A DNA stretch of 64,000 nt from Candidatus Brocadiia bacterium (GCA_050015075.1 JBEKCB010000021.1:24303-88302), one strand, 5' to 3'. Positions 9,783 through 19,652 are shown, counted from the first letter of the stretch. Numbers and translations are program-made. Notes: a model not told the origin generated them from the sequence alone.

Positions 9783-10880
9783 ATGGTGAAAGACGACTCA
9801 ACGAACGCGGCGATTAACATTGCCGCGGTGATGAAGAAGGCGCTGGACACGACGGCGTCGGACATCCACCTCATGCCCGGCCGGCCGCCGATGCTGCGGA
9901 TCAACGGCCAGCTCGCCCCGATGGCGGAGGCCCCGACCTTGACGGCGGAGGATACGCAGATGCTCGCCCGGGAGCTGGTCAACGACGAGCAGTGGGCCAA
10001 GTTCGAGAAGACGCGCGAACTCGACCTCTCCTCCAGCCACGCCGGGCTGGGCCGATTCCGGGTGAACCTCTACTGGCAGCGCGGCTCCGTGGCGATCGCC
10101 CTGCGCCTGATCCCGCACGAGATCCCGCGGTTCGAGCAACTCGGCGTGCCCCTCATCCTCCAGAAATTCGCCATGTACGATCACGGCCTCGTCCTCGTCA
10201 CCGGGCCGACCGGCAGCGGAAAGTCCACCACCCTCGCGGCCATGCTCGACCACATCAACGAGAACAGGACCTGCCACATCGTCACCATCGAGGACCCCAT
10301 CGAGCACCTGCACCGGCACAAGCAGTCCATCGTCAACCAGCGCGAAATGCACGACGATACGCTCTCCTTCCACGAGGCGCTGCGCCACGTCCTGCGCCAG
10401 GATCCCAACGTGATCCTCATCGGCGAAATGCGCGACCTCGAGACCATCCAGACCGCCCTGACCCTCGCGGAGACCGGCCACCTGGTCCTCGCCACGCTGC
10501 ACACCGGCGACGCTCCGCAGGCGTTGAGCCGCATCATTGACGCCTATCCGCCGCACCAGCAGACCCAGGCCCGCACGCAGCTCTCGCTCGTCCTGATCTG
10601 CATCATGGTCCAGCACCTGCTCCGCAAGAAAGACGGCAGCGGCCGAGTGCTGGCCTTCGAGCTGATGGTCGCTACGCAGGCGGTGGCGCACCTCATCCGC
10701 TCCGGCGAGGTCCAGCAGATCTACTCGAGCATGCAGAGCGGCATTGCCGAAGGCATGAGCACGCTCAATGCCTCGCTCATGAGACTCTACCGCGAGAACC
10801 AGATCACGCGCGAAGACATGATCCACATGTCCACGCGCCCGAAAGAGATCCTCGAGTTGCTCGGAAAAGGCCAGCTATAA
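9783..10880 (+). CDS. pilT: Type IV pilus retraction ATPase PilT
   Basis: 'ASDIHL', 'RFRVNLY', GPTGSGKSTT, 'LRQDPNVILIGEMRD', 'AETGHLVLATLH' and AIRNLIRE-like 'AVAHLIRSG'. Confidence 0.95.
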   Translation: MVKDDSTNAAINIAAVMKKALDTTASDIHLMPGRPPMLRINGQLAPMAEAPTLTAEDTQMLARELVNDEQWAKFEKTRELDLSSSHAGLGRFRVNLYWQRGSVAIALRLIPHEIPRFEQLGVPLILQKFAMYDHGLVLVTGPTGSGKSTTLAAMLDHINENRTCHIVTIEDPIEHLHRHKQSIVNQREMHDDTLSFHEALRHVLRQDPNVILIGEMRDLETIQTALTLAETGHLVLATLHTGDAPQALSRIIDAYPPHQQTQARTQLSLVLICIMVQHLLRKKDGSGRVLAFELMVATQAVAHLIRSGEVQQIYSSMQSGIAEGMSTLNASLMRLYRENQITREDMIHMSTRPKEILELLGKGQL

Positions 10881-10936
10881 GCCGGCCGGCGTCGGGGGAA
10901 ACGCAATGCGGCGGAGAGGCGCTGGGGCGAGGCGAA

Positions 10937-11806
10937 TCACGGCGTTTCGGCCCGGATATCCAGGCCGCCCACCAGCACGATGCAGTCTTCGTTCTGTTCG
11001 GAGTTGAGCAGCAGGACCAGCTTGGCGTACTTCGTGCCCTGCCACCAGTGCGCATTGCCGGCGCCCGCCGTGGACAGGCCCGCGACGGTGCCGCTGTATT
11101 GCGTCCACTCCGCCGGCACTGATTGCGCGGCGGCCGCGCAGTACAGGTAAGCCGGGCCGGCGGAATGCTCCCGGACCTTCGTCCCGGCCGGATAGGCGCG
11201 CCCGCAGGGCTCGTTCAGCCGGACTTCCCAATATCCTTCCTTCTCCTCGATCTTGAGGATCCCGAAGCCGCTCAGGTTCCGGTTCGGCAGGTCGGCGTAC
11301 TTGCCGGAGTCGTCCACGTCGAACGCAATGCAGGCGTGGGGGTCCTCTTTCCACTTGAACGCGTGCGCGACCTTGATGAGCGTATCTTCCTTCTTGCAGT
11401 CTTCGTGGAGGACCGTCTCGGTGGCGCCGAGGACGCCGACCTGCTCGGGCGCGATCAGCCGCTTGTCCGCGTCGAAGCACATGTAGCCGAAGTAGAGGCT
11501 GCTCGGGTCCTTCCCGACCGATCTGAACCAGCCCGTGAGCGTGTATCGCTTGACCGGATCAATGGTGATCCATTCGCTGCCCTTGATGGTCGTCGGACCC
11601 TTGCAGGGAAAACACAACTTGTCCAGCAACGGGTTCGCGGAAGCCGCCTGCGGCGAGGCGCTCGACGCCCCGCTCGGATCGCTCTTGCTCGTCGCCGCGA
11701 ACGCGCGGTCCGCGTCCAGACCGAAGCGCGCCGCCGCCATGAAAATCAGCAGCATGGCCGCCGTCGCAATCCAACGCAGTTTGACTGCTTTCCGATGATC
11801 GCTCAT
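10937..11806 (-). CDS. Secreted hypothetical protein, probable jelly-roll (CBM-like) domain with an insertion
   Basis: Signal-peptide-like N-terminus; 'IDPVKRYTLTGWFRS', 'EWTQYSGTV' and 'GTKYAKLVLL' resemble CBM_4_9-type strands. AGAGG RBS before ATG 11806. Confidence 0.55.
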   Translation of the reverse strand: MSDHRKAVKLRWIATAAMLLIFMAAARFGLDADRAFAATSKSDPSGASSASPQAASANPLLDKLCFPCKGPTTIKGSEWITIDPVKRYTLTGWFRSVGKDPSSLYFGYMCFDADKRLIAPEQVGVLGATETVLHEDCKKEDTLIKVAHAFKWKEDPHACIAFDVDDSGKYADLPNRNLSGFGILKIEEKEGYWEVRLNEPCGRAYPAGTKVREHSAGPAYLYCAAAAQSVPAEWTQYSGTVAGLSTAGAGNAHWWQGTKYAKLVLLLNSEQNEDCIVLVGGLDIRAETP

Positions 11807-11907
11807 GTGGTTCCTCTCTGCCGGCCCAGCGGCCCCCTTGCGGCGCATTATACTCCCACGGCGCCGATTTCGCCAGAGGCGCGCCGGGGACCCGGCCCCG
11901 TGTAATC

Positions 11908-12927
11908 CTATACGAGCGGCCGGCTGGTGATCAGGCCAATGCCTCTGCCCTTGTTCCCCACCGCATTGTAGAACATGTAGTACGTGCCGTTCTCAGGATT
12001 CCAGACCAGAGAGACCTTGTGCGCATATTGATCGTCCAGGCCGGATGGGTTGCCGCCGCTCTTGTAGATCGGGTCGGGATCAACGGTCCAGTCGCACAGG
12101 TCGCGCGAGAAGGCGGTCATGATGTGCGCGCCGCCGCGGCCCACGCCGAAAAAGAACATGACCCAGTGGTCCTTGTCCCGGAAAACCTTCCCATCGGAAC
12201 AGAAGGTCTGGTTGTAACTGCCCGCCGGGCCGCTGCGTATCACCGGATTGCGCGCGAAACGTTTCCAATGGATCAGATCTTCCGAAAGAGCCAGTCCCAT
12301 TTGTTCGATTTCCCCGGCGGCGGCGTTGTAGAAATTGTGGTACTTCCCGCCATGCTCCAAAAGCCATGGCTGGTAAATGCAGTCTTTTTCCCACGCGCCG
12401 CAGTCCGGCTGATGCACGGAAAGGATGGGCTCGTCCTTCGCCCGCTGCCAGGTCAAGCCGTCTTCGCTGGATGCGACTCCTTCATAACCCGGCCGCAACT
12501 CGTATCCGCCCTGGCGAGGATAGGCTCCGTAAAGCGACCAGTATTTGCCTTCATGTTTTTTCAGAATCCTCCGGGCCTTGATGTCGTAGTCGTCATAAAG
12601 GAAGGCCCCCAGAACAACGCCGCCGTGATCGAAGGAGCCTTCCGGTCCGTAACCCATGGCCAGGCGCATGTTGGACCAGTTCACAAGATCGTCGCTTTCG
12701 GCTGCAAATGACTGATAGCCGTTGCCGTCGAAACCGATGAAGGTCATGCGCCATTTTTTGCTGTCCGGCAGTTGGAAGACGGTGGGCACGTCGGTCGCGA
12801 GAACATTCTCGAAACCCTTGATGTCCGGTTTCGCGGGGATGACGTGCTCAGGATAGTAATGCCAGTTACGGTATGGCGCCGACCACTGCTTCACGCTGTC
12901 CGCGTCAATCGCCATGGCGGCAGACAT
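11908..12927 (-). CDS. Five-bladed beta-propeller glycoside hydrolase-like protein (GH32/43/130 clan)
   Basis: Repeated Asp-box-like 'SDDLVNW', 'SEDGLTW', 'SEDLIHW' and 'SRDLCDW'. Confidence 0.75.
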   Translation of the reverse strand: MSAAMAIDADSVKQWSAPYRNWHYYPEHVIPAKPDIKGFENVLATDVPTVFQLPDSKKWRMTFIGFDGNGYQSFAAESDDLVNWSNMRLAMGYGPEGSFDHGGVVLGAFLYDDYDIKARRILKKHEGKYWSLYGAYPRQGGYELRPGYEGVASSEDGLTWQRAKDEPILSVHQPDCGAWEKDCIYQPWLLEHGGKYHNFYNAAAGEIEQMGLALSEDLIHWKRFARNPVIRSGPAGSYNQTFCSDGKVFRDKDHWVMFFFGVGRGGAHIMTAFSRDLCDWTVDPDPIYKSGGNPSGLDDQYAHKVSLVWNPENGTYYMFYNAVGNKGRGIGLITSRPLV

Positions 12928-14116
12928 CCAGAAACTGCTGGTTGAGCCGAAGCGCGAAGTCGTCCATTCGGAAGTCCCGCAAGGCGCGTTCGCGCGCCGC
13001 GTCGCTCATCGCGCGCCACCGCTCGGGCGGATTGATGATGCTCTTCACCGCCTGCGCGATCGCCCGCGGGTCCAGGAGCCTGGGCTGCTGAAGGGCGTCC
13101 TTGACCGGATCGTATACCCACGCAGGACACTGCTCCGGCGAGCCGCCGAACTGCGGATAGTCTGAAATGGGCAGAGTGGGCTGGATGCACAACCCGGTCC
13201 TCTCGTGTTGCACCACTTCGGGCAGACCATCCACCGCCGCCGCCACGACCGGGCAGCCGGCGTAGGCGGCCTCGATCGCCACGTTTCCAAACGGCTCGCG
13301 GATGGACGGGCAAAGGAACACGTCAATCTCGCGATAGAACGCGGCGGGATTAGCGAACGAGCCCAGGAAACGGATATGGTCTTCCAGCGAAAGCTTCCTG
13401 GCCAACTCTTTCAAAGCCGCCTCATCGCGACCTTGTCCCGCCACGTGCAAGTCGCAAGCGATACCGTCGCGCAGGAGATGGGCCAACGCGTGGAACGCCA
13501 GCGGAAATCCCTTGAACGCAACCATGCGCCCGATGATGCCGAGCCGCAGCGGCGTGCGCGTACCTCTGCGGTGCTCCTCGAAGCCGCCCTCCGCCAGGTC
13601 GCTGCGGACCGGGTTGAGAAGGACGACGTTCTTCTTGCTCTCCGCTTTCCAGCGCAGTTCCAGCATGCGCCGGCTGGCGTAGGAGTTGCCGATCACCCTC
13701 GTCATCTTCCCAAGGAACCGCCCCACGTCCGCTTCGGGAGGGTTCCCCCAGGCGGCGCCCAGCTCGATGTAAACCGCCGGCGCGCGGGCCGCCGCATCGG
13801 CCAGATCCATCTCGCCCAGAGCGTTCCAGATGACCACCACGTCCGGCCTGACGGCGGATATCTCCCTGAAGATGTGCCGCCGCCGCAAGTCGCCCAGCGA
13901 GGGGACCTTGATGCCGCGCCAATAGTTGGCGTAACGGATGGATTTCGATTGCGACTCAAGCTTCGCGCGCCAGAACCGGTGGCAGCGCCCGTGCGTCACC
14001 AGGACGTGCTGCTCCGCGCCGGCAGGGTCCGACCGGGTGAGGTAGTCCACGAAAATGCTCTCCACCCCGCCGACGCCGTTGATCGCCAGCACATGAAGCA
14101 CTCGGGGTTTTTGCAT
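12905..14116 (-). CDS. Glycosyltransferase family 4 (GT-B)
   Basis: 'GGVES', 'IGRMVAFKGF', 'PSIREPFGNVAIEAAYAGCPVV' and 'GLPEVV'. The start may extend to about 14191. Confidence 0.9.
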   Translation of the reverse strand: MQKPRVLHVLAINGVGGVESIFVDYLTRSDPAGAEQHVLVTHGRCHRFWRAKLESQSKSIRYANYWRGIKVPSLGDLRRRHIFREISAVRPDVVVIWNALGEMDLADAAARAPAVYIELGAAWGNPPEADVGRFLGKMTRVIGNSYASRRMLELRWKAESKKNVVLLNPVRSDLAEGGFEEHRRGTRTPLRLGIIGRMVAFKGFPLAFHALAHLLRDGIACDLHVAGQGRDEAALKELARKLSLEDHIRFLGSFANPAAFYREIDVFLCPSIREPFGNVAIEAAYAGCPVVAAAVDGLPEVVQHERTGLCIQPTLPISDYPQFGGSPEQCPAWVYDPVKDALQQPRLLDPRAIAQAVKSIINPPERWRAMSDAARERALRDFRMDDFALRLNQQFLDVCRHGD

Positions 14117-14205
14117 GAATGCGGTCAACTCCAGTTCGCGCGCCTGGGCCGGGTCCGCACGCCACAGAATCGTCCGGGCCTGGCGCTCCATCAACGGATC
14201 CCCGG

Positions 14206-15114
14206 TTACGGGGAATTCGTCAGCCCGAGTGCGGCGGCGACCGTGTCATCGCGCACCAGTTCGCCCATGCCGCTCTCCGACACGTACACCTCGCGCTGGT
14301 ACATGTCGCGGACGCCCGCCTCGCCTTGGGCCTTCCACACGTTGTACACGCGCTTCAAATGCTGTCCATAAATTTCACGCAGGCCGCTGATCTCATATGC
14401 TTTGGAAATGTCCACGCATTTCCGCAGGTAATGCGCGAAGCCGCGCCACTGGTAGTGACAGATTCGCATCTCATCGGGCAGAAGCTGGACTTTGCGGCCT
14501 CCCCGAATATGTACGTTGTGGTTTCCCTGGTCAATCTTCAAGTAGCGGGCTGTCTCATGGAAGACTTTCCGGAATCCTCTGTCGGGCGCGCGTTCGCGCC
14601 ACCGCATGCGCGCAGTCGGGTCCGCCTCGGCGGTGTTCTCAGCGCAGCACGGGCGCATGCGGAAGGACGGCACCCATAGTCCGGAATACCACCGGCGCCG
14701 GTACCTGTGGGCGACGGCATGGAAGTCTCCCGTCCAGAACTCGTCCGCATCGCTGTTGATGACCCAATCCGCTCCCCGATCGCGGGCCATGCGGATCATT
14801 TGGTCAACCTCCTTGAATTGCATGTGAAACGGCGCCGGATCGTCAACGATGATCACCCGTTCGGACTCGAAGCCGGCCAGCATTTCGCGAGTGCCGTCGC
14901 TGCTGCCATTGTCCGTGACGATGAGGAAGTCAACCTTGGGCAGATGGTAGGTGAGGTGCTGCCGGATAATGTCGGCCTCATTCTTGCACAGGAGGGTCAT
15001 GGCGACCCGCGGCGGTTGCCGGCTCGTCCAGCCCGGAGCAGGCAGCCATTTCCTCAGCTCATATACGGCCGGTCGCAGCAGATCCTTGAGGGCGGTCTTG
15101 AAATTACCCGCCAT
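14206..15114 (-). CDS. Glycosyltransferase family 2-like protein (Glyco_tranf_2_4)
   Basis: 'KNEADII..HLTYHL', 'DNGSSDGTREML', 'DWVINSDADEFW', 'QGNH' and 'HYQWR'. Confidence 0.85.
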   Translation of the reverse strand: MAGNFKTALKDLLRPAVYELRKWLPAPGWTSRQPPRVAMTLLCKNEADIIRQHLTYHLPKVDFLIVTDNGSSDGTREMLAGFESERVIIVDDPAPFHMQFKEVDQMIRMARDRGADWVINSDADEFWTGDFHAVAHRYRRRWYSGLWVPSFRMRPCCAENTAEADPTARMRWRERAPDRGFRKVFHETARYLKIDQGNHNVHIRGGRKVQLLPDEMRICHYQWRGFAHYLRKCVDISKAYEISGLREIYGQHLKRVYNVWKAQGEAGVRDMYQREVYVSESGMGELVRDDTVAAALGLTNSP

Positions 15115-15201
15115 GTCGTTGACTCCATGATTTTCGGCCGGCTGCGCGGCGGCCGCCGAGAGGTCCGCGGCAGTTGCTTTTCCGCCCGCCTCCGGACGCG
15201 C

Positions 15202-16350
15202 TCACTGGAGCACGTCGCGAAGAGCGTCCACCACGTCGCGCGCGTCCGCTTCGGTCACGCGCGGCGAGAGCGGCACGCTGAACGTGCGCTCGGACAGGTA
15301 CTCCGCGTTCGGGAACTGCCCCGCGCGGTAGCCGTACTGCCGCTGGTAGAACGGGTGCAGGTGCAGCGCGATGTAGTGGACTCCCGTGCCGATGCACCGC
15401 TTCTTGAGCTCCTCGCGCAGCGCGTCGCGCGTCAGCGAGGTGCGCTCCGTGTCCACCAGGAGCGAATACAGATGCCGCGCGTGACGGCAGCCGGAGGCGA
15501 CCGGCGAGGGGCGGATCAGCGGCAGGCCGGCCAGCGCCTCGTCGTAGAACCGCCAGAGGCGCTCGCGGGATTCCAGATATCGTTCCACCTTCTCGAGCTG
15601 CTTCAGGCCGAGCGCAGCCTGGATGTCCGTCATGTTGTACTTGTAGCCGGCCTCGACCACTTGCACGAGCGCCGGCCCGTCCGCCTGGAACCGCTTCCAC
15701 GCGTCGGCCGAGGTCCCGTTGAGCGAGAGCGTGCGCAGCCGCTCGGCCCGCGCGGCGTCGGCGGTGACTGCCATGCCGCCCTCGGCGGTGGTGACGTTCT
15801 TCGTGGCGTAGAAGCTGAACGCGCCGCAGTCGCCGATCGAGCCGGCGCGCCGCCCTTTCCAGGTGGCCTCCAGCGCGTGGGCCGCGTCCTCGATCACCTT
15901 CAGCCCGCGCCGCTGGGCGATCTCCATAATCGCGTCCATGTCGCAGGCGCGCCCGCCCAGATGCACCGGCAGAATCGCCCGCGTGCGCTTCGTGACGGCC
16001 TGTTCGATCAACGCCGGGTCCAGGTTGCCCGTCGTCCGGCCCACGTCCACGAACACCGGCCGCGCGCCGCGATGCACGATGACGTTCGCGGTGGCGCACC
16101 AGGTGTACGGCGTGGTGATCACCTCGTCGCCCGGGCCGACGTCGAGCACGTGCAGCGCCAGGTGCAGCGCCGAGGTGCACGAGTTCACCGCCACGGCGTG
16201 GCGGACGCCGACGTACTCCTCGAAGCGCCGCTCGAACTGCTTCACGCGCGGCCCGGACCCGATCCAGCCGCTGCGAAGGGTCGCAACGACCTCCGCAATC
16301 TCGTCTTCCGAGATCAGCGGCGCGCCGAAAACCAGGAAGTCCTTTCGCAT
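15202..16350 (-). CDS. DegT/DnrJ/EryC1/StrS PLP-dependent sugar aminotransferase
   Basis: 'NSCTSALHLAL', 'IEDAAHA', 'SFYATKNVTTAEGG' (PLP lysine) and 'GYKYNMTDIQAA'. Confidence 0.93.
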   Translation of the reverse strand: MRKDFLVFGAPLISEDEIAEVVATLRSGWIGSGPRVKQFERRFEEYVGVRHAVAVNSCTSALHLALHVLDVGPGDEVITTPYTWCATANVIVHRGARPVFVDVGRTTGNLDPALIEQAVTKRTRAILPVHLGGRACDMDAIMEIAQRRGLKVIEDAAHALEATWKGRRAGSIGDCGAFSFYATKNVTTAEGGMAVTADAARAERLRTLSLNGTSADAWKRFQADGPALVQVVEAGYKYNMTDIQAALGLKQLEKVERYLESRERLWRFYDEALAGLPLIRPSPVASGCRHARHLYSLLVDTERTSLTRDALREELKKRCIGTGVHYIALHLHPFYQRQYGYRAGQFPNAEYLSERTFSVPLSPRVTEADARDVVDALRDVLQ

Positions 16351-16490
16351 GATGCCGCCGTCTCTCGAGAACGCGCGACCGAAAAACTCCGGCGCTCGAT
16401 CAGCCGGATTCTAGCAGACTCTTCGCTGCGCGGCAATTGCAGCGGCCGCGGCGCGTTGATCGGCCCCGACCGGCCCACGCCGCGCGGATT

Positions 16491-17318
16491 CTAAGGCTTC
16501 GCGCGGTCGCGCTCCCGCTCTCGGGCGATCTGGGCGCGGGCGGACTCGAACGCGCTTTGGACGAAGTCGCTGGTGCTGTCCCAGGTGCGGTCGGCGAAGC
16601 TGCGTTTGCGCACCGAGTTGAGGAAGCCCTCGAACTCGCGGAAGTACGAGCCGTAGATATGGAAGCTGTCCGCGATGTGCGCGTAGGCGCCGGGCCTCAG
16701 CGTGCGGTGCGCGCGGCGGCTCACGGCCTCGGCCACGAACTGCTGCAGCGCCGTGAACGCCCACATGTTCATGAACGCGGCCTTGTACGCGTCGTTCGAC
16801 CGCATGTGCACGTTCATCCGCAGCTCGTCGCCGTGGATGCGGAACCACATCCGCTGCAGGCAGGCCGGATCGTCCACGGCCGGATCCACGTCCGGCTTCC
16901 AGGTGATCGCTTGCGCCCGGCGGGAGTGCGGCGCGGAGGCGAGCTTCTCGATCAGGTAGTCGAACTGGTTGATGGCGCGTTTCTGGCCGTCCGGGCCGAA
17001 CAGGTCGTACGCGAACAGCCGCTGATGATACGTGTACGACCACTTCCCTTCTTCCGGATTCACCCAGTGGTCGTGGATGCCCTCCACCACTTCCTGCCGG
17101 TAAATCTCCAGGTCCTCGAGCGAACCGGGAAACGCCTTGTGAATGCGCGGCTCCTGGAAGGGCTTGCGCACCACGATCATGGCGGTGCAATCGCGGCTCT
17201 CCGGGTCGGCGGGCTTGTCGTACTCCGTCCGGATGCGATCTCCTTCCTCCCAGCACCGAAGCACGGCCTGCTCCCAAGCCTCGGGAAGCGTGTCGCAGAT
17301 GACGGTGAGATAACTCAT
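16491..17318 (-). CDS. thyA: Thymidylate synthase superfamily protein, archaeal-type ThyA
   Basis: 'YTYHQRL', 'SRRAQAITW', catalytic Cys in 'PACLQ', 'RSNDAYKAAFMN' and 'SFHIY'. AGGGAG RBS before ATG 17318. Confidence 0.8.
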   Translation of the reverse strand: MSYLTVICDTLPEAWEQAVLRCWEEGDRIRTEYDKPADPESRDCTAMIVVRKPFQEPRIHKAFPGSLEDLEIYRQEVVEGIHDHWVNPEEGKWSYTYHQRLFAYDLFGPDGQKRAINQFDYLIEKLASAPHSRRAQAITWKPDVDPAVDDPACLQRMWFRIHGDELRMNVHMRSNDAYKAAFMNMWAFTALQQFVAEAVSRRAHRTLRPGAYAHIADSFHIYGSYFREFEGFLNSVRKRSFADRTWDSTSDFVQSAFESARAQIARERERDRAKP

Positions 17319-17335
17319 ATCCAGCTCCCTTTTTC

Positions 17336-17430
17336 CTCGTAATCGTAATCTTACTCGCAATCGTAATCGCCGTTTCCACGACAGCCGGACGAGCGGCGAT
17401 TACGATTAGGATTACGAGCACGATTACGAG
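17336..17430. repeat. Palindromic element with 37-nt arms made of CGTAAT hexamers
   Basis: Left arm 17336-17372 and right arm 17394-17430 are reverse complements at 31/37 positions (counted by hand). Confidence 0.9.
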
Positions 17431-17451
17431 TTCACATAAGGCCCTGTTTCG

Positions 17452-18963
17452 CTACTTGGACTTCTCGTGTTTTTCCGGAATTCCGACCAGCGCATAGCAA
17501 ACCGCGTCCTCCAGCCCCGTCGCCGCGCCGACGGCGCCGGACCGGAATCCGTTGACGAGGACGGAAAAGGCGTAGATTTCACCGTCGGCCGCCTCGGCGT
17601 ACCCGCTGAGCGCACTGGCGCCGTTGGCCTTGATGGTGCCGGTCTTGGCGTGGATGCGCCCGCGCATCGCCGGGTCGGTCATGCGGTTCCGCAGCGTGGT
17701 CTCCGGCTGGCCGTTCGTCGCCAGCGAGCCGTAAAACGCCTCCTGGATCTTGCTGCGGTAGATCACCTCCAGCCACGCTGCGACCGCCTGCGGCGTGGCA
17801 CGGTCCTCGGGCGACAGGCCGCAGCCGTCCACCAGCGTCACCGCCACGTCGGGCAGTTGCGCCGCGCGCGTGAACTCGCGCACGGCCGCCGAGCCGGACT
17901 CGAAGCTGCCCTTCCCGAAGCGCGCCGCCCCCAGCGTCTTCAGAATCTGCTCGGCGCAGAAGTTGTGGCTCCGTTGGTTCGCGGCGGTGATCGAGTCGAG
18001 CAGCCTGGATTTCCACGCGAAGATCTCTTGCGCGCCCGGCTGCGGCTTTTCAAAGTCGCCCGCCAGGCGGGGTCGGCCATCGAGGCGAATGCCGGCCTTC
18101 GCCATCTCCGACTGGAGCGCCACGGCCAGAAAGAGCGCCGGGTCCTCGACGGCGATGGTCTCCGACCGGCTGACACCGATCGGCAGGCGGCCCGAGACCA
18201 CGATCGCGCCGTCGTCGCCCCGCTCGAACGTCACGTCGGCGGGCCGGTCCTTCGCGCCGGTGGAGCAATGGTTCACGAAGCGCATCGCGGGAAATGGCGG
18301 GACCGTGCTGATCGTCGCCGCCGCGTCCGGTGCGGAGCCGCCGGTGACCTTGACCTCGACGCAATTGTCGTTGAACGAGAGCGCGCTGATCGGCGCGGCG
18401 TACCACCAGAGCCACTCCGCCTTCGGCCAGCCGGGCGCGCGATAGACGCGGTCGAACAACCGGTCGTCCATGACCAGGTCGCCGGTGATCTGCCGGATGC
18501 CCGCCGCCTGGATGCCCTTGACGAACTCGCGCGGGACGGTCATCGCGCTGGGATGGACGCGGCTGGAAAAACTCGGGTCGCCGCTGCCGACGACGACCAG
18601 GTCGCCCTGGAGCACGCCGTCCTGGACCGTGCCGTTGGCGATCAGCGTCGTGCGGAACTCGTAATCCGCGCCCAGTTTCAGGAGCGCGACCGAGGTGGTG
18701 AAGATCTTCGTGTTCGAGGCCAGCTCGAACAGCTCGTTGCCGTGGAAGGAGAAGACTTCTCTGCCGTCGGAGATCCGCCGCGCCACGATGCCGACTTTCG
18801 CGCCGCGCAGGGGATGGCGGTCCACCACCGTCTGCAGCGCGGCGGTGACGGCTAACGGCTGGTCCTGCGCAAAAATGCGCGCCGCCCCGAACGCGAGGCA
18901 CGCGCAGAGGAGCCATCTGGGGAACACGGGCGATCTCATGGAATAATTGGGTGGTCGGGCCAT
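17452..18963 (-). CDS. dacB: D-alanyl-D-alanine carboxypeptidase/endopeptidase PBP4 (peptidase S13)
   Basis: SxxK 'ASNTK', 'GSGDP', SxN 'SHN', 'DGCGLS' and KTG 'AKTGT'; signal peptide present. Confidence 0.92.
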   Translation of the reverse strand: MARPPNYSMRSPVFPRWLLCACLAFGAARIFAQDQPLAVTAALQTVVDRHPLRGAKVGIVARRISDGREVFSFHGNELFELASNTKIFTTSVALLKLGADYEFRTTLIANGTVQDGVLQGDLVVVGSGDPSFSSRVHPSAMTVPREFVKGIQAAGIRQITGDLVMDDRLFDRVYRAPGWPKAEWLWWYAAPISALSFNDNCVEVKVTGGSAPDAAATISTVPPFPAMRFVNHCSTGAKDRPADVTFERGDDGAIVVSGRLPIGVSRSETIAVEDPALFLAVALQSEMAKAGIRLDGRPRLAGDFEKPQPGAQEIFAWKSRLLDSITAANQRSHNFCAEQILKTLGAARFGKGSFESGSAAVREFTRAAQLPDVAVTLVDGCGLSPEDRATPQAVAAWLEVIYRSKIQEAFYGSLATNGQPETTLRNRMTDPAMRGRIHAKTGTIKANGASALSGYAEAADGEIYAFSVLVNGFRSGAVGAATGLEDAVCYALVGIPEKHEKSK

Positions 18964-19296
18964 TCAGGGAGAGACGACGCCGATAACAAGTCCCTCGCGC
19001 CGGGCGATATCGAGAATGGGCCGACCGCCTTCGGTCTCCCATTCGCGTTCTCCGCAGGGAATCGGTTCGATGCGCGTGTCGGCCAGCGCTCGCGCGATCC
19101 AGAGCCTTTCGATCAGCCGGCGATTTCGCGGGCCGTCGAACTCGCGGGCAATCACGACCACGTCAATATCGCTGGTCTCCTTCGCCTCGCCGCGCGCGAA
19201 GGAGCCGAAGAGGACGGCCCGGCTCGCATGAATTCCTTCCTCGGGAAGGACACGCAAGTAGTGCCGTATGGCCTCTACAACAGGGACATCAACCAT
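18964..19296 (-). CDS. Minimal nucleotidyltransferase (MNT), antitoxin-like
   Basis: 'LFGSFARGEAKETSDIDVVV' (GS-x10-DxD). It overlaps the HEPN gene. Confidence 0.88.
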   Translation of the reverse strand: MVDVPVVEAIRHYLRVLPEEGIHASRAVLFGSFARGEAKETSDIDVVVIAREFDGPRNRRLIERLWIARALADTRIEPIPCGEREWETEGGRPILDIARREGLVIGVVSP

Positions 19297-19652
19297 TGAA
19301 GGCCCCTTTCAGCCTTGGCGAGTTCCGCTTGAGCCTCAGTCCTGTCCATGAGCGCCGATACCATGTCGGGGTACCGGCCTTCAAGCTGGTGCGCGTCGAA
19401 GGCCAGCAGGAAGTCGCGTTGCCAGAGTTCAAGCGGCAATGCGGCTTTCTCGGCCAATCGGGTCAAGTTGTGAATTTTCGGAGGGACCTCGCACGTCTTC
19501 CTCGTCACATGGGCCTTCAGGGCCTTCTCAATGGCCAAATGCGCAAAGAAAAGCGCGTGCCGGAAATGACCCTTTTCAAGCAAGGTCTTCGCAGCCTCCA
19601 GGTCTTCCTGGCTGCTTTTCTTCCAATAGTCAATCTGCTTCTGGACGTCCAC
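19275..19652 (-). CDS. HEPN domain protein
   Basis: 'EDLEAAKTLL', 'HLAIEKALKA', 'KIHNLTRL' and 'RYPD'. It is paired with the MNT gene; GTG start. Confidence 0.88.
   Translation of the reverse strand: MDVQKQIDYWKKSSQEDLEAAKTLLEKGHFRHALFFAHLAIEKALKAHVTRKTCEVPPKIHNLTRLAEKAALPLELWQRDFLLAFDAHQLEGRYPDMVSALMDRTEAQAELAKAERGLQWLMSLL

Noticed and set aside
17336-17430. Repeat tracts (also 62734-62839) as possible CRISPR arrays
   Set aside because: The units are 6-8 nt with no unique spacers, and there are no cas genes in the window.
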